Position numbers and translations under genes: made by a program. From Prevotella sp. (lineage in GTDB: Bacteria > Bacillota_I > Bacilli_A > ML615J-28 > CAG-313): a stretch of DNA of 64,000 bases. The notes under the pieces were generated by a model. The model was not told where the DNA came from, ran no database searches, and worked only from the letters and a program-made list of their open reading frames with translations. The stretch lies in assembly GCA_023665755.1 (NCBI GenBank), contig JAMPDF010000001.1, positions 479,474 to 543,473 of the forward strand, in the 5' to 3' direction. Positions within the stretch are counted from its first letter, which is position 1; the number at the start of each line of letters is the position of its first letter. Below are positions 1-10,322 of the stretch, in pieces.

Positions 1-844
1 CTTCACCATAACAAAATGCAGCAATATTGGCAGATATAGCAAAAGCATTGGGTTCTGCCACTTCATCTGTATTCAAACCTCTATTTACTTTATGACGCAA
101 AAAGGCATTGGGTACAATGACACAAGCCGATTGCAATCCTGCTAAATTAAATACCTTAGATGCAGCAACACAAGTAATTGAAATTTGTTGACAAGTTGCA
201 TTGATACTTGCAAAAGGCGTATAGTGATAACCCGGTTCTACAATATCACAATGAATCTCATCAGAAAGAACTGTAACATGATATTTTGCACATAAATCGC
301 CAATCCGCGCTAATTCTTCTTTTGACCATATTTTGCCAATTGGATTGTGGGGATTACAAAGAATCATCAATGTAGTTTGAGGAAGAGCTAATTTTTGTTC
401 TAAATCGTTAAAATCAATAGTATATTCACCATTTTGATAAATCAGATCACTCGATAAAATATTACGACCATTGTTATAGATTGAATTATAGAAAATATTA
501 TAAACAGGAGATTGAATCAATACATTTTCTGCGGGGGTTGTAATTTTTCGAATAATAGATGAAATAGCTGGTACTACGCCTGTTGTAAATATCATCCATG
601 ATGGATCATATTGGACTTGATGACGCCTTTTCCACCATTGTTGTATACTTTCAAAATAAGCTGGGGGTACAATAGAATACCCAAAAATGCCATGATTAGC
701 TCTATATTGAATGGCTTCTTGTACACAAGGAGCAGTCTTGAAATCCATATCAGCTACCCACATAGGCAGTTCGTTTTCGGACACATCCCATTTTAAAGAG
801 TATGTATCGATTCTATTGGTCTCTTGATCAAAATTATACTTCAT
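1..844 (-). CDS. Cystathionine beta-lyase / C-S lyase (MalY/PatB family aminotransferase class I/II), C-terminus cut by window edge
   Basis: Reverse-strand translation from ATG at 844 gives MKYNFDQETNRIDTYSLKWDV...NPHNPIGKIWSKEEL..., the typical PatB/MalY N-terminus and PLP-aminotransferase fold motifs. Absent from ORF track because it runs off the window. Confidence 0.75.
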   Translation of the reverse strand, partial: MKYNFDQETNRIDTYSLKWDVSENELPMWVADMDFKTAPCVQEAIQYRANHGIFGYSIVPPAYFESIQQWWKRRHQVQYDPSWMIFTTGVVPAISSIIRKITTPAENVLIQSPVYNIFYNSIYNNGRNILSSDLIYQNGEYTIDFNDLEQKLALPQTTLMILCNPHNPIGKIWSKEELARIGDLCAKYHVTVLSDEIHCDIVEPGYHYTPFASINATCQQISITCVAASKVFNLAGLQSACVIVPNAFLRHKVNRGLNTDEVAEPNAFAISANIAAFCYGE

Positions 845-1694
845 ATGATTTCTCCACTTGGATTTTGGTTTTTCGCGAATCAATCCATCTTTCATCCAAG
901 ATAATTTCGCCAATTTCTTTAGCCATAATGCGACCTGAAATCGGATTCTTTACTGAATCAATCTTCGAAGTAACTACGGCATCTACTGTTGAAAATTCAA
1001 ACGTTAGATTGGTATTGATGAGTTTGCAATTGACTAACTTTAGATTTTCCATATAACACATTCCTTGCAAAGAATCAATTGTACAATTGATCAAAGTTAT
1101 ATTTTTTGAATTCCAACCTAAGTATTCACCAATAATCAAAGAATCGTAAATCGTTACATCTTCGCAGTTCCAAAATGAATCTTTTGATAGCATTTTAGCA
1201 CGATGAATTTCAATATGCTTCGCTCCATCAAAAGCATAATTTCCATCTAATTGAAAATCGGTTATTTTTACATTTTGAGCATTCATACCAAAATAGTTTC
1301 CTTTTGCGCTCACTTGTTCTAATGTAATATCTTCACAATTCCAAAGCGTTTCATCTGCATTAGGTAAGTATACTTGCTTCAAATAAATCTGTTTCGAACG
1401 TCTAAACGTTTTAGGCGCTTCTATAATACTACGCTGAATTTGAATATCTTCTGTATACCAAATCCCAGAACGTGCCGTATCCAATAAGGTAGATTCATCT
1501 ACCCGAATGTGATGACAATACCAAAGGGGATATTTCCATTTAAAAATGCTATTTTTTAATTCAATATTTCTACATTCTTTTAAAGGCGACTCTCCATCAT
1601 CAAATGTAGCATCTTCAATCATTAAATCTTGTTCATGATAAAGCGCTCTTTCGCCAGTATAGTAGCCTTGTTTTAATAACTTCATATGCTTCAT
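834..1694 (-). CDS. DUF3737-like beta-helix protein
   Basis: 286-aa ORF with repeated NC(E/T)D..NxK motifs suggesting a right-handed beta-helix; family assigned from memory. Its stop overlaps the start of the downstream lyase by 11 nt, suggesting an operon. Confidence 0.5.
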   Translation of the reverse strand: MKHMKLLKQGYYTGERALYHEQDLMIEDATFDDGESPLKECRNIELKNSIFKWKYPLWYCHHIRVDESTLLDTARSGIWYTEDIQIQRSIIEAPKTFRRSKQIYLKQVYLPNADETLWNCEDITLEQVSAKGNYFGMNAQNVKITDFQLDGNYAFDGAKHIEIHRAKMLSKDSFWNCEDVTIYDSLIIGEYLGWNSKNITLINCTIDSLQGMCYMENLKLVNCKLINTNLTFEFSTVDAVVTSKIDSVKNPISGRIMAKEIGEIILDERWIDSRKTKIQVEKSYEV

Positions 1695-1832
1695 TTCCTC
1701 CTTTATTTATTTCATTATACCATATATTGAAAAAAATAAACCTTTTTTTGCAAGTATATAAATGATTTTTGACATATTTATCTTAAATAATTATGAGAGA
1801 ATTCTTTAGTCAATGGTACTTTGTTTTTCCTT

Positions 1833-2939
1833 TTATTGGTTTTGATGAAAATAGGTTTTGATATTTGCCATTTTTTCTTGTTGTTTTACTTGAAAAGGAC
1901 ATCTTTTATCACAATGTCCACACTTTATACATGCATCTGCTTTCACAGTTAATTTATCATAGTGATTATGCGCCATTCTATCTCCTGCAAGCGATAAATC
2001 ATAATATTTATTGATAATACCAATATCAATTCCTGCTGGACATGGTTGGCAATGATTGCAATATACACAATTCCCTATCGCAGATTCAGGTGTAAACCCA
2101 CCAATGATTGCATAATCACGACTTCCTGGTGATGAGAATGGATATTCCAACAATTCATATAAATCATTTAAATTTCTTACACCAGGTACAACTGTGAGCA
2201 CAGCTGGTCGGTCTAAACTATATTGAATACATTGATTCTTTGTCAATTCTTGATGAAAAGGAGAAGTATTCGCAGCTAACAGTTGTCCACCATGAAAAGG
2301 CTTCATCACGGATATTCCTACACCTTCTTTTTCACAGCGTCGAAACAAACAGGCGCGTTCATTTGTTGTACCAATACCATATTCATCTCCACACTCTAAA
2401 TCATATGCTGGATTAATGGAAAACATCATTATATCTATAATTCCCGTATCTAAAACCATATTGGCTACACTTGGTGTATGAGATGAAAATCCAATATGAC
2501 GAACTATTCCCTTTTCTTTCAACTGTTTGACATAATCTAAAATACCTTTATCTTTGATATCTTGAAAATCACTCTCTTCATCAATGCAATGAAGAAATCC
2601 AAAATCAATATAATTTGTACCAAGTTTCTCCATTTCCCATTCAAAAGTGCGTTGGATTAAACTCAAATCACGTGACCAGCCATATTCACCATTTTCATTA
2701 TATACTGCACCAAAATGAAGTTGCAAATATACTTTATCTCTCTTATTGCAAATTGCTTTTCCAAATGGCTCATACACTGCCTTGCTACCTGCACATAGAT
2801 CGAAAAAATTGATTCCATTTTGTATAGCACATTCAATTACCGATTGTATTTCTTTTGGCGAACTATTTTGAATTCCTCCCATACCCAATCCCAATACACC
2901 GATATTTTCATCCCCTCGTGGTAGTTTTCTATATTCCAT
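1833..2939 (-). CDS. Aldo/keto reductase fused to a C-terminal 4Fe-4S ferredoxin-type domain
   Basis: 368 aa. N-terminus GVLGLGMGG...AKR-like; C-terminus CNHCQPCPAGIDI...CIKCGHCDKRCP gives two CxxCxxCxxxCP clusters. Confidence 0.7.
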   Translation of the reverse strand: MEYRKLPRGDENIGVLGLGMGGIQNSSPKEIQSVIECAIQNGINFFDLCAGSKAVYEPFGKAICNKRDKVYLQLHFGAVYNENGEYGWSRDLSLIQRTFEWEMEKLGTNYIDFGFLHCIDEESDFQDIKDKGILDYVKQLKEKGIVRHIGFSSHTPSVANMVLDTGIIDIMMFSINPAYDLECGDEYGIGTTNERACLFRRCEKEGVGISVMKPFHGGQLLAANTSPFHQELTKNQCIQYSLDRPAVLTVVPGVRNLNDLYELLEYPFSSPGSRDYAIIGGFTPESAIGNCVYCNHCQPCPAGIDIGIINKYYDLSLAGDRMAHNHYDKLTVKADACIKCGHCDKRCPFQVKQQEKMANIKTYFHQNQ

Positions 2940-3114
2940 ATTATTTTACTCCTTTACCATATTTTTTTGAAGATCATTTTATATTTCAGGTATTATAGCA
3001 TATTTCTTTGATTCAACCAAGTTATATCTATTTTCTTCTTTTCTATACTGTCAAATTTAAAATAAATTCAAAAGTCTACTTACTGCTAGCATCGTTAAAA
3101 TACTCAAATTAAAT

Positions 3115-3141
3115 AAAAACAGGTTACAAGAACCTGTTTTC
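3115..3141. terminator. Bidirectional intrinsic terminator hairpin
   Basis: AAAAACAGGTT-acaag-AACCTGTTTT, flanked by A/T runs on both strands, between convergently ending genes. Confidence 0.6.
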
Positions 3142-3160
3142 ATCATTTATAATATTGATT

Positions 3161-4069
3161 TTATTTTTCAACTCTAGATTGATTAATTCTACGAATATAA
3201 CCCCATGCTACTGCAATACCTAATGCGGTAAATAAAAATACTTGTAACAAGGTAACAGCAAATCCTGAATCAGGATCACTAATGAATGCATTAAAACTCA
3301 TTCCACTGAGCGCTGCTAGCCCAGCATACATTCCGATTACCGCAAGTAGACTGACAACAAGGCAAGTAATAACAGTAATTAACGTAGCATACCAACGAAG
3401 TGGCGCCTTTCCTAATTTATATCCAAAAAAGGCACATACTGGGGATAAAGCAAAGGCTATCGCAAATAACCATCCTGAAAAAAGCATAATCAATACACCA
3501 GGTAAAATACCAACAATTGCACCAACAATGCAAAGCACAATGCTAATCGGTAACTTCTTTTTATTTGCATCCTCAGCTTCAATTGCAGCTTGTTGTTCTG
3601 CATAGGAAGACGATACACAGGAAGCATGCGCAGGCACATATAATCCCCGATATACTACCCAGTCCGTATCTTCTTCGGTTTCCAAGTGACAAAAACCACA
3701 TGATTCAATATTTTGAATATTGAATTGTTGTAATACCTCTGTTAATTTTTCCATTAAATGATCAAAATAGCCTTTTTTCTTTTCCTTTGAAATGGGAAAA
3801 TTCATCAAAACTTGAAGAACTATCATTTGATCGATTCCGGAAAATGAAATGGTTCCCTTAATGTCTTTTTGTAAGGATTTTACAATATCCTTATCTAAAG
3901 TATTATTCACTAGCATTGACATTTGATACATCAATGCACCGCCATTACTTATTATATTTACTGAATAACGATATCCTGCATATTCTCCATAAAGCGTATC
4001 TTCTGCTTGTTGAATACCTAGTAGTTGGTTTAATGCAGTCATATTTTTAATTGCACTAGATTGAAGCAT
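3161..4069 (-). CDS. Hypothetical membrane protein (soluble N-domain with CxxC...C..C motif, four C-terminal TM helices)
   Basis: 302-aa ORF. Hydrophobic C-terminal half; CGFCH...HASC putative metal-binding motif. No recognised family. Confidence 0.45.
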   Translation of the reverse strand: MLQSSAIKNMTALNQLLGIQQAEDTLYGEYAGYRYSVNIISNGGALMYQMSMLVNNTLDKDIVKSLQKDIKGTISFSGIDQMIVLQVLMNFPISKEKKKGYFDHLMEKLTEVLQQFNIQNIESCGFCHLETEEDTDWVVYRGLYVPAHASCVSSSYAEQQAAIEAEDANKKKLPISIVLCIVGAIVGILPGVLIMLFSGWLFAIAFALSPVCAFFGYKLGKAPLRWYATLITVITCLVVSLLAVIGMYAGLAALSGMSFNAFISDPDSGFAVTLLQVFLFTALGIAVAWGYIRRINQSRVEK

Positions 4070-4084
4070 AGTATTCTCCTTATA

Positions 4085-4642
4085 TTAGATAGCCATGATA
4101 TCTTGTTCTTTTGTTTTAGCAAGATTATCAATTTGTTCAATGTATTTATCCGTTAATTTTTGAACTTCATCGCTACGGCGTTTCAATTCATCTTCAGAAA
4201 TGAGTGAATCTTTTTCCATTTTCTTCAATTGATCCATTGCATCACGTCTAATATTACGTATTGCAACTTTATTGTCTTCTGCTAATTTCTTCGCCGTTTT
4301 AACTAAATCCTTACGGATTTGTTCAGTTAGAGGTGGAATAGGAATTCGTACAATATCACCATCATTTTGTGGATTTAATCCTAATCCTGCTGTTTGAATT
4401 GCCTTTTCAATTCCCTTTAAAATGGACTTATCATAAGGTTTAATCATAATCATTTGTGGTTCTGGAGCAGAAACACTTGCAATTTGATGAATTGGCATTG
4501 GTGATCCATAATATTCCACCATAACACCATTTAAAACACTTGGATTAGCTTTCCCTGTGCGAATTGTTGCAAAATCTTTTTTCACAGCATCAATTGTTTT
4601 TTGCATTTTTTCTTCTGCTTGACGCATAATTTCTTTTGGCAT
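4085..4642 (-). CDS. frr: Ribosome recycling factor
   Basis: MPKEIMRQAEEKMQKTIDAVKKDFATIRTGKANPSVLNGVMVEYYG... aligns along its length with B. subtilis Frr. Start set at the Met preceded by a GGAG RBS; the ORF track's upstream Met has no SD. Confidence 0.9.
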   Translation of the reverse strand: MPKEIMRQAEEKMQKTIDAVKKDFATIRTGKANPSVLNGVMVEYYGSPMPIHQIASVSAPEPQMIMIKPYDKSILKGIEKAIQTAGLGLNPQNDGDIVRIPIPPLTEQIRKDLVKTAKKLAEDNKVAIRNIRRDAMDQLKKMEKDSLISEDELKRRSDEVQKLTDKYIEQIDNLAKTKEQDIMAI

Positions 4643-4666
4643 ATTCCAGTTCTCCATTTCTATTTT

Positions 4667-5374
4667 TTATTTGGTAACAACTGTACCTATTTCAGGGTGT
4701 TGCATTACCTTCTTAATATTTCCTTTTACTCCCATATCAAATACAATAGTTTTGATACCTAAATCTTCACAAAGTGTAACTGCTGTTAAATCCATTACGC
4801 CAAGATGTTTAGATAATACTTCCTGATATCTAATCGTTTCAAAGCGATGTGCGTTTGGATTTTTTCTTGGATCAGCATCATAAACGCCATCCGTCCCATT
4901 TTTAGCCATCAAAATGGTACTAGCTTGAATTTCTGCAGCTCTTAGTGCGGCAGTGGTGTCAGTACTAAAATATGGGTTCCCTGTTCCACCAGCAAATAAG
5001 ACAATTTCTCCTTTTTCAAGTGCATGTCTTGCATGCTCAACTTGCATGGGTTCAACCATATTCCCCATAGGAATAGCACTCATTACATGTGTACCAATTT
5101 GCAATTGCTTCAAGGCAGAGGCAAATGCCAATGCATTTAGTATAGTTCCAAGCATTCCCATTTGATCTGCTGAAACCCTATCCATTCCGTTTTCTAACGC
5201 ATCACGTCCACGCCAAATATTTCCTGCACCAATTACAATACCGATGGAAACACCTGTATCAAGCAAAGATTTCACTTCAGTTGCTATTTCATTTACTTTT
5301 TTCATGTCGATGCCAATGCCGTTTGTTTTAGCCAAAGCCTCACCAGATAGTTTTAATAGCACTGTGTTTTTCAT
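4667..5374 (-). CDS. pyrH: UMP kinase
   Basis: KLSGEAL...GAGNIWRG motifs; 235 aa; conserved frr-pyrH-tsf-rpsB order. Confidence 0.92.
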   Translation of the reverse strand: MKNTVLLKLSGEALAKTNGIGIDMKKVNEIATEVKSLLDTGVSIGIVIGAGNIWRGRDALENGMDRVSADQMGMLGTILNALAFASALKQLQIGTHVMSAIPMGNMVEPMQVEHARHALEKGEIVLFAGGTGNPYFSTDTTAALRAAEIQASTILMAKNGTDGVYDADPRKNPNAHRFETIRYQEVLSKHLGVMDLTAVTLCEDLGIKTIVFDMGVKGNIKKVMQHPEIGTVVTK

Positions 5375-5400
5375 CGTACCCTCCTATTGTATCTTATGGA

Positions 5401-6300
5401 TTAGTTTTTATTAGCAGCGGCGGCAGCGGCAGCAGCAACTTCTGCAGCAAAATCATCATTACGCTTTTCCATACCTTCACCAACTTCAAAGCGTACATAA
5501 TTTACTGCTTTTGTATTTTTACTTGCTAAATATTGTGCAACTGTTACACTAGGGTCTTTAACAAACGCTTGGTCTACTAAACAAATTTCTTTTTTAAATT
5601 TAGCTAAACGACCCATCACCATTTTATCAATAATATTGGCAGGTTTTGAGGCATTTGCAGGATCATTAGCGATTTCTGCTTTGATTACTTCTGCTTCATG
5701 ATCTAAGTCAGAAGCATTGATTGAAGACTCATCTAAATAGCGTGGATTGTACATTGCAACATGCATACATACATCTTTTGCTACTACAGCATCATTTCCT
5801 TTGATAACAGATAGAACAACGATTTTACCACCATTGTGTTTATACACACCAAATACTTCATCATCTGCTTTTTCTACTTTTACTACACGGCGTAAACTAA
5901 TTTTTTCACCAATTGTAGCTGTTGCGGCAACAATTAATTCTTCAATTGTTTGATCACCACATTTCGCAGCGAGCGCACATTTTTCACATGCAGTATCATT
6001 AGCCACACAAGCTTCACCAATTTGTTGTAACAATGTAATAAATTTTTCATTTTTAGCAACGAAATCTGTTTCCGAATTTAATTCATATAAGTATGCTTTG
6101 TTACCATTAATAACAACATCACACAATCCTTCTGCAGCAATTCTTGTTGCTTTCTTAGCAGCTTTTGCAATTCCTTTTTCACGCAACCAATCTGCAGCAG
6201 CGTTAATATCTCCATTGCATTCTGTAAGCGCCTTTTTACAATCCATCATACCAGCGCCAGTTTTTTCTCTTAATTCTTTAACTAAAGATGCACTAATCAT
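5401..6300 (-). CDS. tsf: Elongation factor Ts
   Basis: N-terminal ISASLVKELREKTGAGMMDCKKAL UBA-like motif; 299 aa. Confidence 0.92.
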   Translation of the reverse strand: MISASLVKELREKTGAGMMDCKKALTECNGDINAAADWLREKGIAKAAKKATRIAAEGLCDVVINGNKAYLYELNSETDFVAKNEKFITLLQQIGEACVANDTACEKCALAAKCGDQTIEELIVAATATIGEKISLRRVVKVEKADDEVFGVYKHNGGKIVVLSVIKGNDAVVAKDVCMHVAMYNPRYLDESSINASDLDHEAEVIKAEIANDPANASKPANIIDKMVMGRLAKFKKEICLVDQAFVKDPSVTVAQYLASKNTKAVNYVRFEVGEGMEKRNDDFAAEVAAAAAAAANKN

Positions 6301-6324
6301 ATTTTTTCTCCTTGGTTAATTCAA

Positions 6325-7206
6325 TTATTCAGCTTTTTCTTCTACTACTGGAGCAGTTTCGGTTACTGTTTCTGTAGTTTCTTTTGGAGCTTCTTCTACT
6401 TTAGCAGGACGAGGAGCTCTTTCTTTTCTTGGCCTTTTTTCAAAGCGATCTGGACGTTGTCCTCTAGCAGGGCGTTGAGGCTCATCTGATTTTTCTTCTT
6501 CTGGTAAAACATAAGGTTCTACTGCTTCACCATTACCTTCTAATACTGCATTAGCCATTACACCTACAATCAAGCGTACAGCTCTTACACCATCATCATT
6601 TGCTGGAATAACATAATCTACATCATCAGGATCACAGTTTGTATCTACTAAACCAAATACAGGAATATGCAATTTTCTTGCTTCTGCTACTGCATTATGT
6701 TCTGTTTTAGGGTCTACTACAAATAGCGCACCTGGTAATTGTTGCATATCTTTGATACCACCAAAGAAGTTTTCTAATTTTTCCATTTCTTTACGAATAG
6801 CAATGACTTCTTTTTTAGGAAGTACTTCAAATGTGCCATCTGCTTCCATTTCTTCATATTTGTGAAGTTTAGCAATGGATTTACGAAGGGTCTTGAAGTT
6901 TGTCATTGTTCCACCAAGCCAACGTTGATCTACATAATATTGACCTGCACGTGTTGCTTCTTCTTTAATGATGTCTTGAATTTGTTTTCTTGTACCTACA
7001 AATAATACTTTATTGTTATTTCTTACAATATTAACCATTGCAGCATAAGCTTCTTCAATCTTATCTGCAGTTTTTTGTAAGTCAATGATATATACACCAT
7101 TTCTTTCATTAAAAATATACTCTTTCATTTTAGGGTTCCAACGGCGAGTATGATGACCGAAGTGAACACCAGCTTCTAGTAATTGCTTCATTGTAATTAC
7201 AGCCAT
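6325..7206 (-). CDS. rpsB: 30S ribosomal protein S2 with charged C-terminal extension
   Basis: [27 protein letters not shown]...; acidic/basic C-terminal tail. Confidence 0.92.
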   Translation of the reverse strand: MAVITMKQLLEAGVHFGHHTRRWNPKMKEYIFNERNGVYIIDLQKTADKIEEAYAAMVNIVRNNNKVLFVGTRKQIQDIIKEEATRAGQYYVDQRWLGGTMTNFKTLRKSIAKLHKYEEMEADGTFEVLPKKEVIAIRKEMEKLENFFGGIKDMQQLPGALFVVDPKTEHNAVAEARKLHIPVFGLVDTNCDPDDVDYVIPANDDGVRAVRLIVGVMANAVLEGNGEAVEPYVLPEEEKSDEPQRPARGQRPDRFEKRPRKERAPRPAKVEEAPKETTETVTETAPVVEEKAE

Positions 7207-7383
7207 GTTTTAATATCCTCCATTTTATTTTGTTTTGGCCTCTAAGAACTTCTTCGTACAGCACGCCAATTGATAAACGCGACGGCTTACTCCGTTCTTA
7301 TGTGTATTTTTTGCCATTTCTTATTATAACACAATTTATTTTTTTTATCAAACAATATAACTACATATTTTACAATCAATCGA

Positions 7384-7893
7384 TTATTGGATAGGTTCAA
7401 CTTTCTTTAATAATGTAACAAAATTCAGTCCTTCATGTTCTTCTTCCTCATCAATGATTTCAAACCCCATATGTTGATAAAAAGAAACATTATATTCTTC
7501 TTGTAAAATGGTATCTACAAACCACTTTTTGACATTCGGATTTTGATTGAACAATTGACTGAGTACAACACTTCCATATCCTAAATGCTGATAGTCTGGC
7601 ATAAAATAAAATTGGGCAATTTTCATTATCTCTTTATCATCTAATTCAAAGCAAAATAGCCCCCCTATCAATTGGTGTGTATTGGCATCTAATATTTTAT
7701 AGTACTGTCCAAATCGATATTGAATATTGAATTCCATTCGATGTAAATCCATATGATATGGATTGCTATCAAAATCGCCATATTTTTCGGCATAAATAGC
7801 AAACGCATCTTTTTGAATTTGTAATAAATTCTTTGCATCCTCCTTGGATGCTTTTTCCATTATTATCATATTTTCTCCTTTATTATTTATCAA
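7384..7893 (-). CDS. GNAT family N-acetyltransferase
   Basis: 169 aa, acetyl-CoA-binding-like Q/RxxGxG/A region (HLGYGSVVL); placed between xerC and rpsB. Confidence 0.6.
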   Translation of the reverse strand: MINNKGENMIIMEKASKEDAKNLLQIQKDAFAIYAEKYGDFDSNPYHMDLHRMEFNIQYRFGQYYKILDANTHQLIGGLFCFELDDKEIMKIAQFYFMPDYQHLGYGSVVLSQLFNQNPNVKKWFVDTILQEEYNVSFYQHMGFEIIDEEEEHEGLNFVTLLKKVEPIQ

Positions 7894-8904
7894 TTATTTC
7901 CTATTTTGTCTAGGGTGATTCTGCATATAAGTTTCTCTGATTTGTTCTTTTGAAACATGAGTATAAATTTGGGTTGTTGATAAATTTTCATGACCTAACA
8001 TAGTTTGGACACTTCTTAAATCAGCACCTCCATCTAATAAATGGGTAGCGAAAGTATGGCGAATCATATGGGGATACACGTGCCCTACTTCTGCAGTGCG
8101 ATCAATGATATTGTCCAAAATAACTCGCACTCCTCTTGGAGTAAGTGGTCCACCATTCTTATTTACAAACAAAATATCAGTCGCATTTTGTTCAATTTTT
8201 CGAATTAAAGCCGGACGGGCTATATACATATATTCTTTTAAGGATTGAATGCTTCTATCACTTAAAGGCACATATCGTTCTTTATGCCCTTTCCCAAATA
8301 CTTTAATCATCTCATTTGGAAAGTCTAAATTTTTTTCGGTAATAGCACAAATTTCACTTACCCGGAGCCCTGAACCATATAATAGTTCCAGTAATGCATA
8401 ATCCCTTAATCCCAGCGGTTTGGTCTTGTCAATCGAAGCAAACATCATCTCAATCTCATTTTGATATAAAAAATGAGGTAACTGTTTTTCAATCTTAGGT
8501 GTTTCAACATTCTCAAAATAAGATACTGCTAGAATACCTTCTACAACCAAATAACGATAAAAGGCACGCAAACTAGATACCTTTCGAGCTATACTTTTAC
8601 GGCTATAGTGATTGGCAACTAAATGAGAAATATAATATCTAGCAATATTTTCCGTTTGAATACGTAACAAATGGCCATATTTTTGTTCTTCTAAAAAGGA
8701 TGAAAAATCATGAATATCCTTTAAATAATTCTGAACAGTATATGGTGAATAATTTTTTTCAGCTTCTAAATACATTCTGTATTTTTCTATGGCTTGAATG
8801 CCTTTTTCCTTACTTGTATCTACTTGGACACCTCTTCCTAAACTAGAGCGTTTAGATGGTTTTGCATTTCCTCTAACTGTTTTTTTTAGTGCCAAGTCCC
8901 TCAT
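7894..8904 (-). CDS. xerC: Tyrosine recombinase XerC (CodV-type), chromosomal dimer resolution
   Basis: C-terminal RHTFATHLL...LGHENLSTTQIYTHV catalytic motifs (R..HxxR..Y). Immediately downstream of trmFO as in B. subtilis gid-codV. The N-terminal ~40 aa may be an over-extension; the start is uncertain. Confidence 0.8.
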   Translation of the reverse strand: MRDLALKKTVRGNAKPSKRSSLGRGVQVDTSKEKGIQAIEKYRMYLEAEKNYSPYTVQNYLKDIHDFSSFLEEQKYGHLLRIQTENIARYYISHLVANHYSRKSIARKVSSLRAFYRYLVVEGILAVSYFENVETPKIEKQLPHFLYQNEIEMMFASIDKTKPLGLRDYALLELLYGSGLRVSEICAITEKNLDFPNEMIKVFGKGHKERYVPLSDRSIQSLKEYMYIARPALIRKIEQNATDILFVNKNGGPLTPRGVRVILDNIIDRTAEVGHVYPHMIRHTFATHLLDGGADLRSVQTMLGHENLSTTQIYTHVSKEQIRETYMQNHPRQNRK

Positions 8905-8911
8905 CTCCTTC

Positions 8912-10222
8912 TTATTCTAATTCACTAATCAGTTGTTTGATCTGCTCAATTGCTCTTGTAGCATATGCTTTTTTTCTTTCCTTTTTATATATTTTTCCTG
9001 ATAAACTCTCAAAAATACCAAAGTTAACATTCATTGGCTCAAAAGTATCAGGTGGAGTAATTTCTGGGTGATAAGAAATATAGTTTGCCAATGCTCCTAT
9101 TGCTGTAGTGGCATCAAGAAGTAAAATCTCCTTTTGTTCTAAGTATCTTGCCATGTTGATTCCTGCTATTAATCCACTAGAGGCTGACTCAACATATCCT
9201 TCTACTCCTGTCATTTGTCCCGCAAAGAAAATATGTGGATGTTCTATCAACTGATATCCCTTATTCAGTAATTTCTTGGAATGAATATAAGTATTGCGAT
9301 GCATAACACCATAACGTACAATATTAGCATTCTCTAACCCTGGTATGAGTGATAATAATTTTTTCTGCTCACCAAATTTAAGATGGGTTTGAAATCCAAC
9401 TAAATTATATAAACTTTTTGCTAAATTGTCTTGTCGAAGTTGCACAACAGCATATGGCCATCTTCCTGTTTTTGGATCATCTAAACCTACTGGTTTCATA
9501 GGTCCAAATAAGAGGGTTTGTCTTCCTCTCATAGCCATTTCTTCAATTGGCATACATCCTTCAAATACTTTCATTTCAAAATCATGTGGTTTTACTTTTT
9601 CAGCATGAATCAAAAAATCATAAAAAGTATTAAATTCTTCTTCCGTCATGGGGCAATTTAAATAGGCTGCCTCTCCTTTATTATAGCGTGAAGCTAAAAA
9701 TACTTTATTATGATCAATAGAATCATATGTTACAATAGGTGCGATAGCATCATAAAAATACATATAGGATGTCCCCAATAATTTTTCAATTTCTTGATGT
9801 AAACTATCACTGGTCAAAGGACCAGAAGCAATAATTACGGGTCCACTAGGAATAGTCTTGACTTCTTCTCGAATAATCTCAATATGCTCCATTGTAGATA
9901 GTGTTTCTGTAATATAATTAGAAAAAGCAACTCTATCTACAGCAAGAGCCCCACCTGCTTCTACTTTAGTCGCATCTGCTGCCCGAATGATTAAAGAATC
10001 CATTAGGCGCATCTCTTCTTTTAATAGTCCTACTGCATTTTCAATTCCAGCTGCACGTAATGAATTACTACAAATGAGTTCAGCAAAACCACCAGTTTGA
10101 TGTGCACTAGTCATTTTTTGAGGACGCATTTCATATAGTTTGACATCATATCCTCTTTTTGCAAGCTGATAGGCAGCTTCACTTCCAGCAAGTCCTGCCC
10201 CTATAATTGTTACTTCTTTCAT
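8912..10222 (-). CDS. trmFO: Methylenetetrahydrofolate--tRNA-(uracil54-C5)-methyltransferase TrmFO (Gid)
   Basis: [27 protein letters not shown]-binding motif. Start chosen at the Met with an AAGGA RBS; the ORF track's longer start lacks an SD. Confidence 0.9.
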   Translation of the reverse strand: MKEVTIIGAGLAGSEAAYQLAKRGYDVKLYEMRPQKMTSAHQTGGFAELICSNSLRAAGIENAVGLLKEEMRLMDSLIIRAADATKVEAGGALAVDRVAFSNYITETLSTMEHIEIIREEVKTIPSGPVIIASGPLTSDSLHQEIEKLLGTSYMYFYDAIAPIVTYDSIDHNKVFLASRYNKGEAAYLNCPMTEEEFNTFYDFLIHAEKVKPHDFEMKVFEGCMPIEEMAMRGRQTLLFGPMKPVGLDDPKTGRWPYAVVQLRQDNLAKSLYNLVGFQTHLKFGEQKKLLSLIPGLENANIVRYGVMHRNTYIHSKKLLNKGYQLIEHPHIFFAGQMTGVEGYVESASSGLIAGINMARYLEQKEILLLDATTAIGALANYISYHPEITPPDTFEPMNVNFGIFESLSGKIYKKERKKAYATRAIEQIKQLISELE

Positions 10223-10322
10223 TTTATCACTATCCTTTTGATTGTAGTATACCATATTTTGCTTTTTTTGAAAAGAAAATCGCTAGTTCAATCCTTGAAC
10301 TAACGATTTATCAATTGATCTT

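Noticed and set aside
7207-7383. rpsB 5' leader (~110 nt) as a possible S2-autoregulatory structure
   Set aside because: Promoter (TTGATA-17-TATAAT on minus strand) and leader are present, but I could not identify a convincing conserved structure by eye; left unannotated beyond noting it.
7894-8904. Tyrosine recombinase as a possible phage/ICE integrase marking a mobile element
   Set aside because: Immediately downstream of trmFO (gid) exactly as codV/xerC in Bacillus, flanked by core genes (rpsB-tsf-pyrH-frr), with no att-like repeats or phage genes. It is the chromosomal dimer-resolution XerC.
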